Source: Octopus sinensis (lineage: Eukaryota). Taken from it: a DNA stretch of 64,000 nucleotides. The translations under genes were made by a program, and so were the position numbers. The notes beneath the pieces were generated by a model. It searched no databases, was not told the DNA's origin, and worked only from the letters and a program-made list of their open reading frames with translations. This document shows, one piece after another, positions 52,428 to 64,000 of the stretch. The stretch spans positions 139,066,001-139,130,000 of the forward strand of contig NC_042998.1 in NCBI RefSeq assembly GCF_006345805.1. Direction: 5' to 3'. The number at the start of each line of letters is the position of its first letter. Within the stretch, counting starts at the first letter, position 1.

Positions 52428-54116
52428 TATATATATATATGGTAAAGACCCCCTTCAGTCATGAATGACTATGGGATTGCACCTAGAAGGTTACTCTCCA
52501 AGGCACAAGTCTGGGCAAGGTTGTTTATGAAAGACCAGTAGTTGCCTCTGCATGCTAACCTCCCCACCCCATGCCACCAATGTTATTGAAGCGAAAGGCA
52601 AGGCTGATACAGCTTGGCACCAGTGACATCACAATTCATTTTTACAGCTGAGTGAACTGGAGCAACATGAAATAAAGTGTCTTGCTTAAGAACACAATAC
52701 ACAGCTCAGTTCATGAATCAAACTCACTTGGCTATAGACACAAATATGCCAAAAAAAATAGACACTTTCCCAGGAAACTATATGTCTAGTGATGTATTGT
52801 TGGCTGTATGACACGCCAAGCATGAAACTAATAGCTTTGGAATAGCCAGTGTATGTTTCATACACATACACACACTTCCCTGTGTCTATGCCTTTTTGCT
52901 AATGAATTCAAGCTCTAAGTCTTAAAAATCCACACTTACAGTCTTATATTACATTATTGTCACTGAAATTAAGACTCTATTTAATCGTAAGTTGTTTCCA
53001 TTCTACCATTAATAATAATGATATCAGGTTATCTTTTGAGTGATGCTGTTTTCTAAATAGAAAGAAATGACATGTGTGTCTTGTTGTTTAAGCTTAATTT
53101 TTCAGATGTTTATGTTACTGATATGGTCATATCTTGTCATGTACTTTGCCAACAGTCAGTAAACAGGACTGCCTGCATGCAAAATCTGCATTTACATAGT
53201 AAAAGCGAGGGAATGCCATACCTCTTGGAGCTACAGAAGATATACCAAGTGATTTATAACAATGAGGATTTCAAAAAGGTCAATGATTGTGACTAAAGTT
53301 TGACAGATTCAGCAGTCTAGATGATTGACTCTACATTTAAGTGTTCCATAGCTACCAAAGAACTGGGTTAGAAACTTTCAAAGAATTATTTTTAAAAATG
53401 ACTATTTTCGATCATTCATTCATATATACAGAATAAAATTTTCACTTTGGAGAAAATTAGTACAACAGATTGATAATTGAGAGTATATTAACATTTGTTC
53501 TGCTCTTTGCTTTTACAACTTTATTTTGCATTCTGAAAAAATGCTCATAGGGCGCTATGCCATGTGAGGTATACTATCAACATTGAAGATAAAGTGGAAG
53601 CTTTCAGGAAAGGCAAAAGGTTATGAATTCATTGTTACCATAACAAGAGACACGTAATTAAACTGAAATAATGCCTTCTTGCAGAAATTCCTGAATGTTA
53701 TCTTTCTTTATTCTCTTGTTTGAATTAGCAACCATTCATGAGATAATTATTAGAAGTATCTTAATAAAAAACTATTCGCTTCCTTAGGTAACCTAAAAAC
53801 CAGTCTTTGTGTCTCTGTTATTTTAATATCTCTTACATTTTAAAATCATGGCATTCAAAAAGCTATTGACTGATTGACAAATTATCATTAATAGTAAAAT
53901 AAAATGTAAATTAGATTTATGATAAATCATTTATTATTTTTATGAATTTAAATATTGGGGTAAAAGTTAGATAATTTATGGAACAACCTGACAATTTTAT
54001 ATCCAATTATTTGAGACCAGTATGACTGTGTTTTTATGAACATGTCCTCATTCCTAGTTTCTGTTGACTTGCTAGGTGTCACTCAAATATTTATTGCTAT
54101 CTTATTTACTTTTCAG

Positions 54117-54143
54117 TTGCCCACGATGGGTGATTCTTTTGAG
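54117..54143 (+). CDS. TOM1L2: Candidate 27-nt microexon of the TOM1-family gene: LPTMGDSFE
   Basis: Strong acceptor cttatttacttttcag and donor GAG|gtaaag; phase 0-0, open frame; flanks are poor in transposons. No homology evidence. Confidence 0.6.
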
Positions 54144-56879
54144 GTAAAGTCAACTTACACTTTGTCACCTGCTCTAGTTTACCAATACAACATTTCATCT
54201 GACTAATTCCTGCAAGAACTGTTTCCACTGGGGAATGAGATTGTTGGAATGTTGTAGTTGTGACTTCTGGGTAGACAAACATTTAGAAGAACTTGATGCA
54301 TCTAATTATTATTTTTTTTAGTTGATTTTGTTTTCTGGTTTGGTTTCTTCTTTTGTATTTGTATTTTATTTTCCAATTTTGTTGCAAAATAGATGTAGAG
54401 AGGTATGAAAAAAAAAATTAGCTTCTTTTCATTTTAATCTTTAAATATATATTATTAGTTAGACTGTATTAGTTAGACTATATAGCTGCACTCATTACAT
54501 TCTTACACTGTATGTATGAGTTATATATATATATATATATTGTTGAATTATGTTAAACTGTTGTATGTCCAAATTTGACCAAATGCATATTTTTCAATAT
54601 TTATTCTTAACTAGTTCTTTTGGTCAAACTATCATATTTCCAGCTGCTTCAGATGCCAAAATATCAAAAATTGTCAAAGTGTTGTACAACAGTTTTGCTA
54701 TGGAATGGTGAAACTATTTTTTCGTTTCTGAAAAAGCAATGTTTTGGACTTACGACACTTTTGCATTATAGCAACGATATATATATATAACTTTAAAATC
54801 TGCTTTTCCATGCTTGCGTGGGTCAAACGAAGTTCACTTAGGCAAATTATCTACGCCTGGATGTTCTTCCTGTTACCAACTCTCACCTCTTTCCAAATAA
54901 CATATTACTCCTAGTTCTTCAAACCTGAACAATACAATGGCCAACATGAAATCATGTCTGTCCATTACAAATGAACAACACTGCTTGTATGACAGTGACA
55001 TTTGTTTGCAATTAGAATGTGATCTCAAAGCATGAAGACCATCAAAACACACACACTTGCATACATATTATGTGAGTGTGTTTCTCTGTCACATTCTAAC
55101 TTTTCATCATCTAACACAAGATGACCTCCTCCAATTCCCCCTCCCCTCTCAAAGATTCCTTGTCTTGCAAGTTACTTGGTGACCCTGCCAGTGCTAGTAC
55201 CACATAAAAAGTATCCAGTCCACACTGTAAAGTGGTTGACATTTGGAAGGGCATCTAGCTGTAAAAACCATACCAAAACTGACCTTGCCTGTGCTGGTGC
55301 CATGTAAAAAGCACTCTGTCCACTCTGTGCAGTAGTTGGTGTTAGGAAGGCGATCCAGCTGTAAAAACTATGCCAAAACGGACACAGAAGTCTGGTGCAG
55401 TCTTCTGCTTGGCCAGCTCCTGTCAAACTGTCCAACCCATGCCAGCATAGAAGGCAGATGTTAAACAGGGATGATGTGTGCCAGTGTGTTGTAGGAATAT
55501 ATGAACTGGAGGTAGTCCTTTATAAGTGGTGCAGGAAAATAGGCCAATAATAACTACTAGATTATAATTTTTTTAGTTTTTTTTTTTTAGATTTCTCTGT
55601 CATTCATTCCCCGTTTCTTAGAAACTGAATGAGAAATGTAACTAATGACTTTTAATAGCTGGAATATTAAGTCTAATAGCTGAAACCAGCAGAATAACAA
55701 AAGAACTGGTAGGATTTAAACTCCATCCCAATTACTATCACTTCCCAATTACAATGTACGAAGAAAATTTATAAACAATTTATTTCTCTTTCATTGTTTT
55801 ATAGCCATTTTACCTTAATAGCAAAGCCAAGATTAGTTGCTACAGATTTTGGACATTGAAGCAATGTTCTTCCTAATGCTAATTACTTGGCACTGAAGTA
55901 GGTGTAGAACCAGAATGAACTAAAGCTGAGATGTATCCAGCCCCTACCACCTAACCCCAAATAATAACTGACTCAGACTGTGACAACACATGCTAACATG
56001 GAAAGTAGGTATAGTAAAGGTCTGAGCTCATAACCAAGGGACCATTAACATAACTGCTGTATTTAATATAAAATAAGTAAAGCTGCTTGACCCACTGCTT
56101 TACATGATATTCTACAACTAAATGCTGCCTCTAGCAACACCCACTTTACAGAATGGACCGGATGCAGTTTCACATGGTACCAGCAATAAAGAGGTTGCTA
56201 TGTCTTTGACAAGACTGAAGATTCCTCTGGACTCCACACTTTACAGAGTATACTGCGTGCCATTTATTGGTTACACAACTATATAAAATATATCAAATTG
56301 ACATGAATTAGATAATATCCTGATGAGCTGAAACTATAATTTGGTTGTCTGTCTTACAGATATTTTGATAATGAAACATCTCATTGTTCATTTGTATGAT
56401 TCTGTTTCAGACATTATCTCCTGTCCTTGGCTTAATGTATATTTGTAGGTAGATAGACAGACAGGTAGATAGATTGACAGACACACACACACACGTGCAC
56501 ATGCACACATAGATGTGTGTGTGTATGTATGTCATGAGAATTTAGAAACTTGGAGAGACATGAAATAACTTGTTTTTAAAAGTGAAACACAAAGTAGATG
56601 AAACTATAAATGATAGCATTTAACTATTGGGCAGCCTTCAACTTTTTTCCATCCAAAGGGTTTTTAACCCAATATCTAAGCCCTTGTAGATGTGTGATAA
56701 TAGAACTTTTGTAGTTCTTTAGATCTTTAGCATCCCCTTTTTTATAAAGAAAGATCAGTTTGGAAAATTTTTCCACATATCCAGTATCTTAAGTTCATGT
56801 AGGTATTTTGTATATAGTTTTGCTAGTTCCTTTTCTGTGCTTGGTCCAACCACTTTTATTTTGTTTATTTCAATTCCAT

Positions 56880-58098
56880 CTGGACCTGCAGTTTTATTGC
56901 TTTCCATTTCCTACATCTATAAGATCTTCTCAAAAGTCATATCAAAAAGAATTGAGAGAAAGCTGGATGAGAACATTGCAGCAGAACAAGCAGGCTTCAA
57001 GACAAACTATAGCACAATAGACCACTTACATGCTATAAACCAACTAAGGGGAAAATGTCAAACTTGCAACATATGCTTAACATTTGCAGATTTTGAAGAA
57101 GCTTTTGGTTTCATGGAAATTGATAATAGACTTAAGAGCACTGGAGGAAAAGGGAATTGGAAGAGACTACTTGAAGTTATTAGAGAATATGTACACAGCA
57201 ACTATAAACAACAAAGTAGTTGATATCAAAAGTGGTAATGGAGTAAGACAAGGAGACACCATATCACCCAAATTATTCACATCTGTCTTAGAAAAGGATT
57301 CTATAAACTTATATTAGTCAGATAAAGGAATAAATATAAGTGAATGCATCCTAAATCATCTCAAATTCAGTGTTGATAATGTACTTATTTCCAGGAGCAT
57401 TAAAGAATCAACAGAAATGTTCAGAAAACTAAAAGAAGAAAGCAAAATATGTGGACTCAGAATTAATATTAGTATTGATAAAATGAAGATAATCTCCAAC
57501 AGCTGGGAATGTAGTAATAGATGATGAAGTAGTTGAACATGTAAACCAGTACACCTATCTTGGACAAATAATATGATTAAAGAATGAAAACAGGCCAAAG
57601 AAATTGAATGATGAATACAATTAGGATGGTTATCATATGTCTAAAAAGAAACATTTTCCACCAGTGTGTGCTATCTACCATTATGTATGCATCAGAAATA
57701 TGAACTATCAACAAGAGCATCGAAAGTAAATTAAGAACAACACAGAGCTATGGAAAGGAAAATGCTGAAGATTAACAAAATGGATAAGTGAAGAAACAGC
57801 AGGATAAGAGTGACAAGATTTAATGGATATTATCTAGAAAATAAAAACTCTGAAATGGTCTTTCATGGGACATGCATTTAGAAGAAAGGACAATGAATTG
57901 AATACGAAATTGATAGAGTGGATACTACATCCTGAAAAAGAAGGTGGAGAAAACCATGCAGAAATTGGAATAAAGACTTTGTTAAATTCTTTAGCACCCA
58001 AACATGGATCAGGAAAATATCAGACTATGGTTGGTGGAGAGAACATACCGAGGCATTTGTCCAGCAGTGAACTGAACATGTGCAAGGATGAAGGATGA
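56880..58098 (+). mobile_element. Decayed RTE-clade LINE 3' fragment
   Basis: YKIFSKVISKRI..LDEN..AEQAGF..NYSTIDHLHAINQL, GVRQGDTISPKLF, YTYLGQ, MGHAFRR motifs; many stops. Confidence 0.85.
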
Positions 58099-58940
58099 TT
58101 TAAACACTATTGTCTATAGCTTTATCTACATAGAGTTCCACCTTTGAAAAAAATGATTTATTTTATTTAAGTCTGTGTGTCTGTATATATATATATAAAT
58201 ATATATACACACACACACACACAAATAATTTATAATACCTATCAACTACAGTGTCTTGATGAGCTTGTATCTATCATTTTTGAAATATTTTTCATTTCTT
58301 TTAAGAAACTTGTTTAGTTTTTTTTTTTAAGTACTGAGCTAAATTAAATTAAGATTTTATTTTCGTTACTGGTATCTAATTTTCAACAATATCTTTCTTT
58401 ATTTGTAAGAATTATTCTTATTAAAAGTAGCAAAATTATGAAAATATTTAAACACACAAGCTTTTTACATATATTAGAATTATTTTAAGGAGATTGAGGT
58501 TTTTTTCTCCTCAATTATAATTTTATTAATCTTAGTTTTAACCTTAGTATAAATTTCCAAAGAAAGTATTTTGGTTTTTTTTTTTTGTAATAAAGAGAAT
58601 CATCCATGGAACTTTGTTGATCCTTTCATGTCTGGACAACAACACCCAATACTTTGCAACCAACTGGTGTTAATTCACTGCAGCACCACCGATTCCCTCG
58701 TCCCCCATTCTCTACATGCATAATTTCTGTATTGCTAGTAACAGTTTTCCAAATAAATAATAAAAAGTGAATGTAAGGATTCAGTTGTCCTGGAATTTGT
58801 CCTTGCATGAAAGGTGTACAGGTTTCATTTCTCTATCTTACTTTAAATATCTTGCTTTCTCTTTCTCTATTGTTTTCTCTCACTTTTTCAGTTTCTATAT
58901 AACTTATTCTATTCATTTCTTTATAGCTATACATCTCTAT

Positions 58941-58998
<58 letters not shown>

Positions 58999-59830
58999 TA
59001 TATATATTGGCTGAGTTGTCTCTTGCTACTCTGTTTCATTTGTGGGTGCACGGGACCTTCAGACAAAACTCCAGAGTAGCAAGCGATTATTAAAATATAT
59101 TAATCTCTTGTTTCTCTCACTATCTTCTGTCCAAACCCATCTCTCTCTCTTCTCTACCTCTCTACTTTATTGCATGCTTATTTGATTTATAGTGTTTTTA
59201 CTTACAATGTCATTGCAATAATATCTTTTTCTGTTTTTCTTTTTTTTTTCCCACTATTTCTTTTCCATTGTGAAAATGGTCATCAGTTGCCATGTTTGTC
59301 CAGTTGTCTGTGTGCTATCTTTTCTTGTCGGTTATATTGAAGTCCTCCACTTGTATATATATATATATGTATGTATGTATTTATATGCCTATAAAGTTGG
59401 CTGCATGGCAAGAAGTGTAGTCAGAAACAGTATTTATTTTGAATGTTTATTATCCACACATATTTAATCACTCGTGTCCCCCTGCGTTATGTTTGCCAAA
59501 GACCTTCATTGTATAACTGCATTTGTAATGCAATCACAATATTTTTTCCAAGCTGGCACATGGCTCGATCAGGAGAATTTTTACAAATCATTTCTGTGTA
59601 TTTTGTATGATTAAAACAATGTTTTACTTTTGTCTTTGAATTTTTTTGTATCTATCACTTGCTTTCCAGTTCACCAGTGGCACTGTATTATAGATTTTTT
59701 GTGTACCAAGTTAGAAGAGATCTCACATTGTTGCAACCAACTCAGCTCATATTTCTCACCTATGCTTATTCCAACAGTATATTTCACTGTTCATCAAAAT
59801 ATTTGTCATTTACATAAAATACTAATGTGA

Positions 59831-59866
<36 letters not shown>

Positions 59867-59867
<1 letters not shown>

Positions 59868-61413
59868 GGCTGTGGGTTGGAAGAATCATTGGCATGCTGG
59901 ACGAAATGCTTAGCGGTATTTCGCCCATCTCTACATTCTGAGTTCAAATTCTGCTGAGATCAACATTGCCCTTTATCCTTTTGGGGTTGATAAATTAAGC
60001 ACTAGTGAAACACTGGGGTCGATATAATCAACTGGTCCCCCTCCCCTAAAATTTCAGGCCTTGTGCCTATAATAGAAAGGATTATTATTATTAATATTTT
60101 TAAGGCTGTGAGCTGGTAGAATCATTAGTATGCTGGGCAAAATGCTTAGTAGTATTTCGTCCGTCTTTTCATTCTGAGCTCAGATTACAACAAGGTCAAC
60201 TTTGCCTTTCATCCTTTCAGGGTCAATGAAATAAGTATCAGTTATGCACTGAGGTCATTGTAATCAATTAGTCTCTTCCCCCAAAATTGTTGGCCTGGTG
60301 CCAAAATTTGAAATCATTATTATCATTAATTTTAAGGTAGCATGCTAGCAGAATTATTAGCACTGGGTAAAAGGCTTAGCAGCATTTTGTCTGTCTTAAT
60401 ATTCTGAATTTAATTTCCACCAAGGTTGACTTTGACTTTCATCCTTTCGGGGTTGATAAAGTAAGTACCAGTACACACTGTGATTGATGTAATCAACTAG
60501 CCCTCCCTCACCCAAACGTGCTGGCCTTGTGCCAAAATTTGAAACCATTATTATTATTATTATTGTTGTTGTAGAAAGCCAGCAGAATCACTAATACGCT
60601 GAACAAAATGCTTTGCAACTTTTCTCCCAGCTTTACCCTCTGAGTTCAAATGCCATGAAGGGTGACTTTCATGCTCAGTAAAATAAGTAACAGTCAAGTA
60701 CTGGGGTTAATGTAATCAACTAGCCATCGTACCCCCCTCAAAATTTCAGGCCTTGTATGTATAGTAGAAAAGATTATTATTCAAAAGGTGGCAAGCTGGT
60801 AACATGATCATTAATGCATTGCATAAAGCACATAGCAGCATCTCTTTGGGGTCTTTACATTCATAGTTCAAATTCTGCTGAGGTTAACTTTGCATTTAAA
60901 TCTTTTTTAGGGATCATAAAATAAAGTACCATTTAAGTACTGAGATCGATATAATCAACTTGCCCTGCTCCCCTAAAATTGCTGGCCTTATGCCAAAATT
61001 AAAAAGAATGAATTAACCCTTTAGTGTTCAGATTACTCTGTTAAATGTAAGACTTTTTCACTCAAATTGTTTTGAATTAATCCTGGATCATCTTACAGCT
61101 TTGAGGTTTCAATGATGTGATTACTTATTTTTAGAATGGCATTGTAGGTTAGGTGTGAGAGGCTAGACATCGCCAGTTTGAATATAAAACATGTAGAATA
61201 TATTGGGCCGGATTTGGCCAGTTTAAACACTAAAGGGTTAAGGCAGCAATCTGACAGAATCCTTAGTACAGGGTGCCTAGCAGCATTTCTTCCAACCCTT
61301 TGTATTCTGAGTTCAAATTCTATTGGAGTTGATAGTATCAACTGGAGTTACTTGATATTATCAACTCCAGTGCTCAAAATTGCTGGTTTTGTACCAAAAT
61401 TATAAATAGTTAT
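59867..61413 (+). repeat. Head-to-tail array of six tRNA-derived SINE copies (about 170-230 bp each)
   Basis: Repeated AAGG...AGAATC.TTAG head, TTCTGAGTTCAAATTC B-box-like motif, TTTGCCTTTCATCCTTTCGGGGTTGATAAA core and (ATT)n tails; copies start near 59867, 60103, 60335, 60571, 60786 and 61241. Confidence 0.85.
61017..61237. mobile_element. piggyBac-like MITE (221 bp); related copies near 1986-2160 and 34038-34225
   Basis: TTAA-CCCTTTAGTGTT ... AACACTAAAGGG-TTAA: perfect 12-bp TIR inside a TTAA duplication. Confidence 0.85.
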
Positions 61414-63399
61414 TTCATTTACTACTGCTACTACAACTACTACCTTTGAATTGGTGGGGCAGTAGGAAAAATACCTTCTATTAGTTGATTACATCTCTTT
61501 ACATTCTGAGATTGAATCTTATTGAGATCCCATTTCACTATTAGTTATACTTATTAGTCCTTCTAAATAAATTTGTGCTCTTATGCCAGTGTAGAAAGAA
61601 AAAAAAAAGAAAAGCAAACACCTCAGGAAATAATAATAGTAGTCGTAATGATGATTTTTGGAACAAGACCAGCATTGGCCCTAGTGCTCAACTGGCACTC
61701 TATTTTCATGGACCATGATAAGCTGAAAGGCAAAGTTGACCATGGTAAGATTTGAACTCAGAATGTAAAGAGCCAAAAGAAGTGCTACTTAAAATAATAA
61801 CCATTATTTTGTTGTATATTTTTTCATGTGTATATCTATCTATCTATCTATCTATAGATAGATAGATAGATACTTTGATTTGTTTTAGTAATGGCTAGGA
61901 TTATGCTGACGCCCTGCATTCATACTGTTTTTTCTTTTGATATATGTATGTGTTTACACATATATAACAAAGTGAAGTTGTAAGATACCACAAAATTGCA
62001 TTTTCAAACTTTCTTTCATATATATGTGTGTGTGTGTGTATGTGTGTATATATATATATATACGTATAGCAACTTCTATTATATTCACTCTCTAATGTTA
62101 TGTTACTCTCTGCAACTATCTATATAGCATTATAATTTTTTCAAACCGCTTACCTTGTCATTACATCTACACTTTTTTTTCTTTCTTGATTGTTCACTAA
62201 CTGTCAAGTTTTATTCTTAGATGTATCCATAGTTCTTAAGTCCCAGACTTGCATTCAAACTAATTGTAATAAGTTATTTCTATCATAAGAATTCAAAAAT
62301 TTTGAGAGACGTGAAATTATTTATTTTTTAATGCTTAAACTCAGCCCTCAGACAGCCTTCAATTTTTACTATCCAATGGGATTTTTTAGCCCATTATTTA
62401 CACACTTATAGCTTTATCTACTTTTGAGTTCAACCAAATTAACTATAACATTTTTAACCACTGGAAGGAATACTGCATAAAGATACATAAAGATTAACCT
62501 AGTTCAAATCTAGTAGAGATTATTTACTCATCTAATGATAGTTAAAGATCAAACCTGTCAAAATGTAATCTCATCCTCATCATTTTTTTTTTCTGTTAGC
62601 AATGGTTGGATGAGTCATTACAGTTCAAATCAGTTTTATTTAGAGCTACTGCTCTCTCCTAACTGGGTCAAAGGACCAGGTCTTGCTTGCATGTTTCATT
62701 TTTAGTATGGTTTCTCTTGTTGGATGCCCTTCCTAACACCAACTGCTTAACAGTGTACTGGGTGCATTTTATCATGGCACCAGCACTACAGTGGTTGTCA
62801 TATTCCCTGTAAGACTAAAGAGTCCTCTCCACCCTATGTCATTTTGTTTGTTCAAGGCAAACTTGACTGAGAGAGAAATAGAGTGATAGGTGGGAAAGGA
62901 TGGTAGGAGAGGGAGTAATGGAAGAGAAATATGATAGGCAGCTACATACTGATTATTGGTAAGGAGATTGAATAAGAAGCCTACATGAGAAGTTTAATGG
63001 ATAGCAAAATATGAATGATAGTAATGCAAAGCTAGCAGTAGATATGAGTAACAGTAAATGTGAGAGGTGGATGATGATGACTAGTGATAAAGTGGAGGAG
63101 AGAGCAAGCAAGTGATGGTAAGCAGTAAAGAAGGATGATGGTAGGGAATACTGGATACGGACAAAGCTAGTATCATCCCTTGTTACATATTTGTGCGATG
63201 GAAGAGGAGTGGAGTGATAAATAGGTGATTAAATAAGGACTGATTAATTGTCATCCATAGCTACATGTGGTACTGTGATACAGTGAATAAGAAGAGAAGA
63301 TAAATGGTAGATGAGAAAGTAACAAAGAGGGCAGTGGATGGAGATTTAATAGGAATATAATAGATGAGAAACTCAGTGTGGACATACATCCTCACTTCT

Positions 63400-64000
63400 A
63401 TTACTGCTATCATTTTAACAATATTTTGACCAGTGGTCAGATCATTTCCAGCACTTCATGTCACCATTCATCACTATTGTTTTTTGATATCTCGTTCAAG
63501 AGTGTCAGCTTCATCACTTCATCCTATCTTGTCCCCCTTTTCCATCAACTTTGAACACTCAACAATTCATTATACAACTATCACCTTCCATGTACCCAGC
63601 ACAGTCTTCTCTCTTGCATACTACATAAAGACACATGCAATTTTTCTTTCAGCTCATTTGTGCTCTGTTGTTCACACACATTAACATCACATATCCAATA
63701 GAGCATACTTACTTCATTTCTTTCTAACCATTACACATCTATATTGAAGGTCCATATTTTGCTGATATGCAGCATCATACTTTATGTATAAGCATTACAC
63801 AATTTACCCCTTACTCTGTTGCAAGCAGAGGTAACAGCTCCATGAACTTTTCCCACCCTGTTCTTACTATAGATACAATGCTTTTAGTATTCATCTCACT
63901 ACTAATTAGGTCATTTATACAACAAAAGCTATCAACTATCTCTAGGGAGTTGTTCAAACATTTCTTGGAATCATTTTATTAGTCTACCCACCTCCCCTAC
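63400..64000 (-). mobile_element. Highly decayed copy of the RTE family seen at 18.7-19.3 kb
   Basis: Similarity by eye to 18870-19250 (tctctcttgca.ac, cattaacatcacatatcca, acttcatttctttc). Confidence 0.5.

Larger units (their letters stand above)
12000..54143 (+). other. TOM1L2: TOM1/TOM1L2-family gene (target of Myb1, VHS-GAT endosomal adaptor), partial model of 11 exons; 5' and 3' ends not found in the window
   Basis: The exons join in one open frame of 1255 nt with matching intron phases and canonical AG/GT ends. The translation carries TOM1 hallmarks: [42 protein letters not shown] helices, NLIDLG, FDMFAQ. An invertebrate gene would be co-orthologous to TOM1/TOM1L1/TOM1L2, so the symbol is approximate. 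Confidence 0.93.

Noticed and set aside
56310-56365. Hammerhead-ribozyme-like CTGATGAG-CT-GAAAC
   Set aside because: No usable stem II, and stem I does not pair after the putative cleavage triplet; similar partial cores near 9110, 33726 and 37801 lack GAAA.
59867-61413. CRISPR-like periodic array
   Set aside because: Units are about 220-bp diverged SINEs without unique spacers, in eukaryotic intron context with no cas genes.
54144-64000. Conserved TOM1 C-terminal exons (IExWL, TSxEFDxFL, LFAL)
   Set aside because: Not found by eye; the gene probably continues beyond the window.

Overview
AT-rich, repeat-dense eukaryotic (animal) genomic DNA. The SINE, LINE and microsatellite complement suggests a coleoid cephalopod such as Octopus; this is an inference from remembered repeat families, not a database result. 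The window lies almost entirely inside one + strand, multi-exon gene of the TOM1/TOM1L2 family (VHS-GAT endosomal sorting adaptor). I assembled 11 GT-AG exons (12000-54143, 1255 nt) with fully consistent phases. They encode the VHS domain, a poly-Q linker, the GAT domain, PPSY, NLIDL and FDMFAQ motifs, and a candidate 27-nt microexon. The start and the conserved C-terminal exons were not found and probably lie outside the window. The upstream region and introns carry three mariner (DD34D) relics with TIRs and TA duplications, a DD37D (maT-type) relic, RTE and CR1/L2-like LINE fragments (one with a PHD-like finger inside the RT), two Helitron relics, hAT and piggyBac-like MITEs, a head-to-tail SINE array and several long palindromes. 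There is no prokaryotic, CRISPR or defence-type system, and I cannot support a claim of a wholly new system. The best leads concern splicing (microexons), intronic dsRNA and transposon biology.
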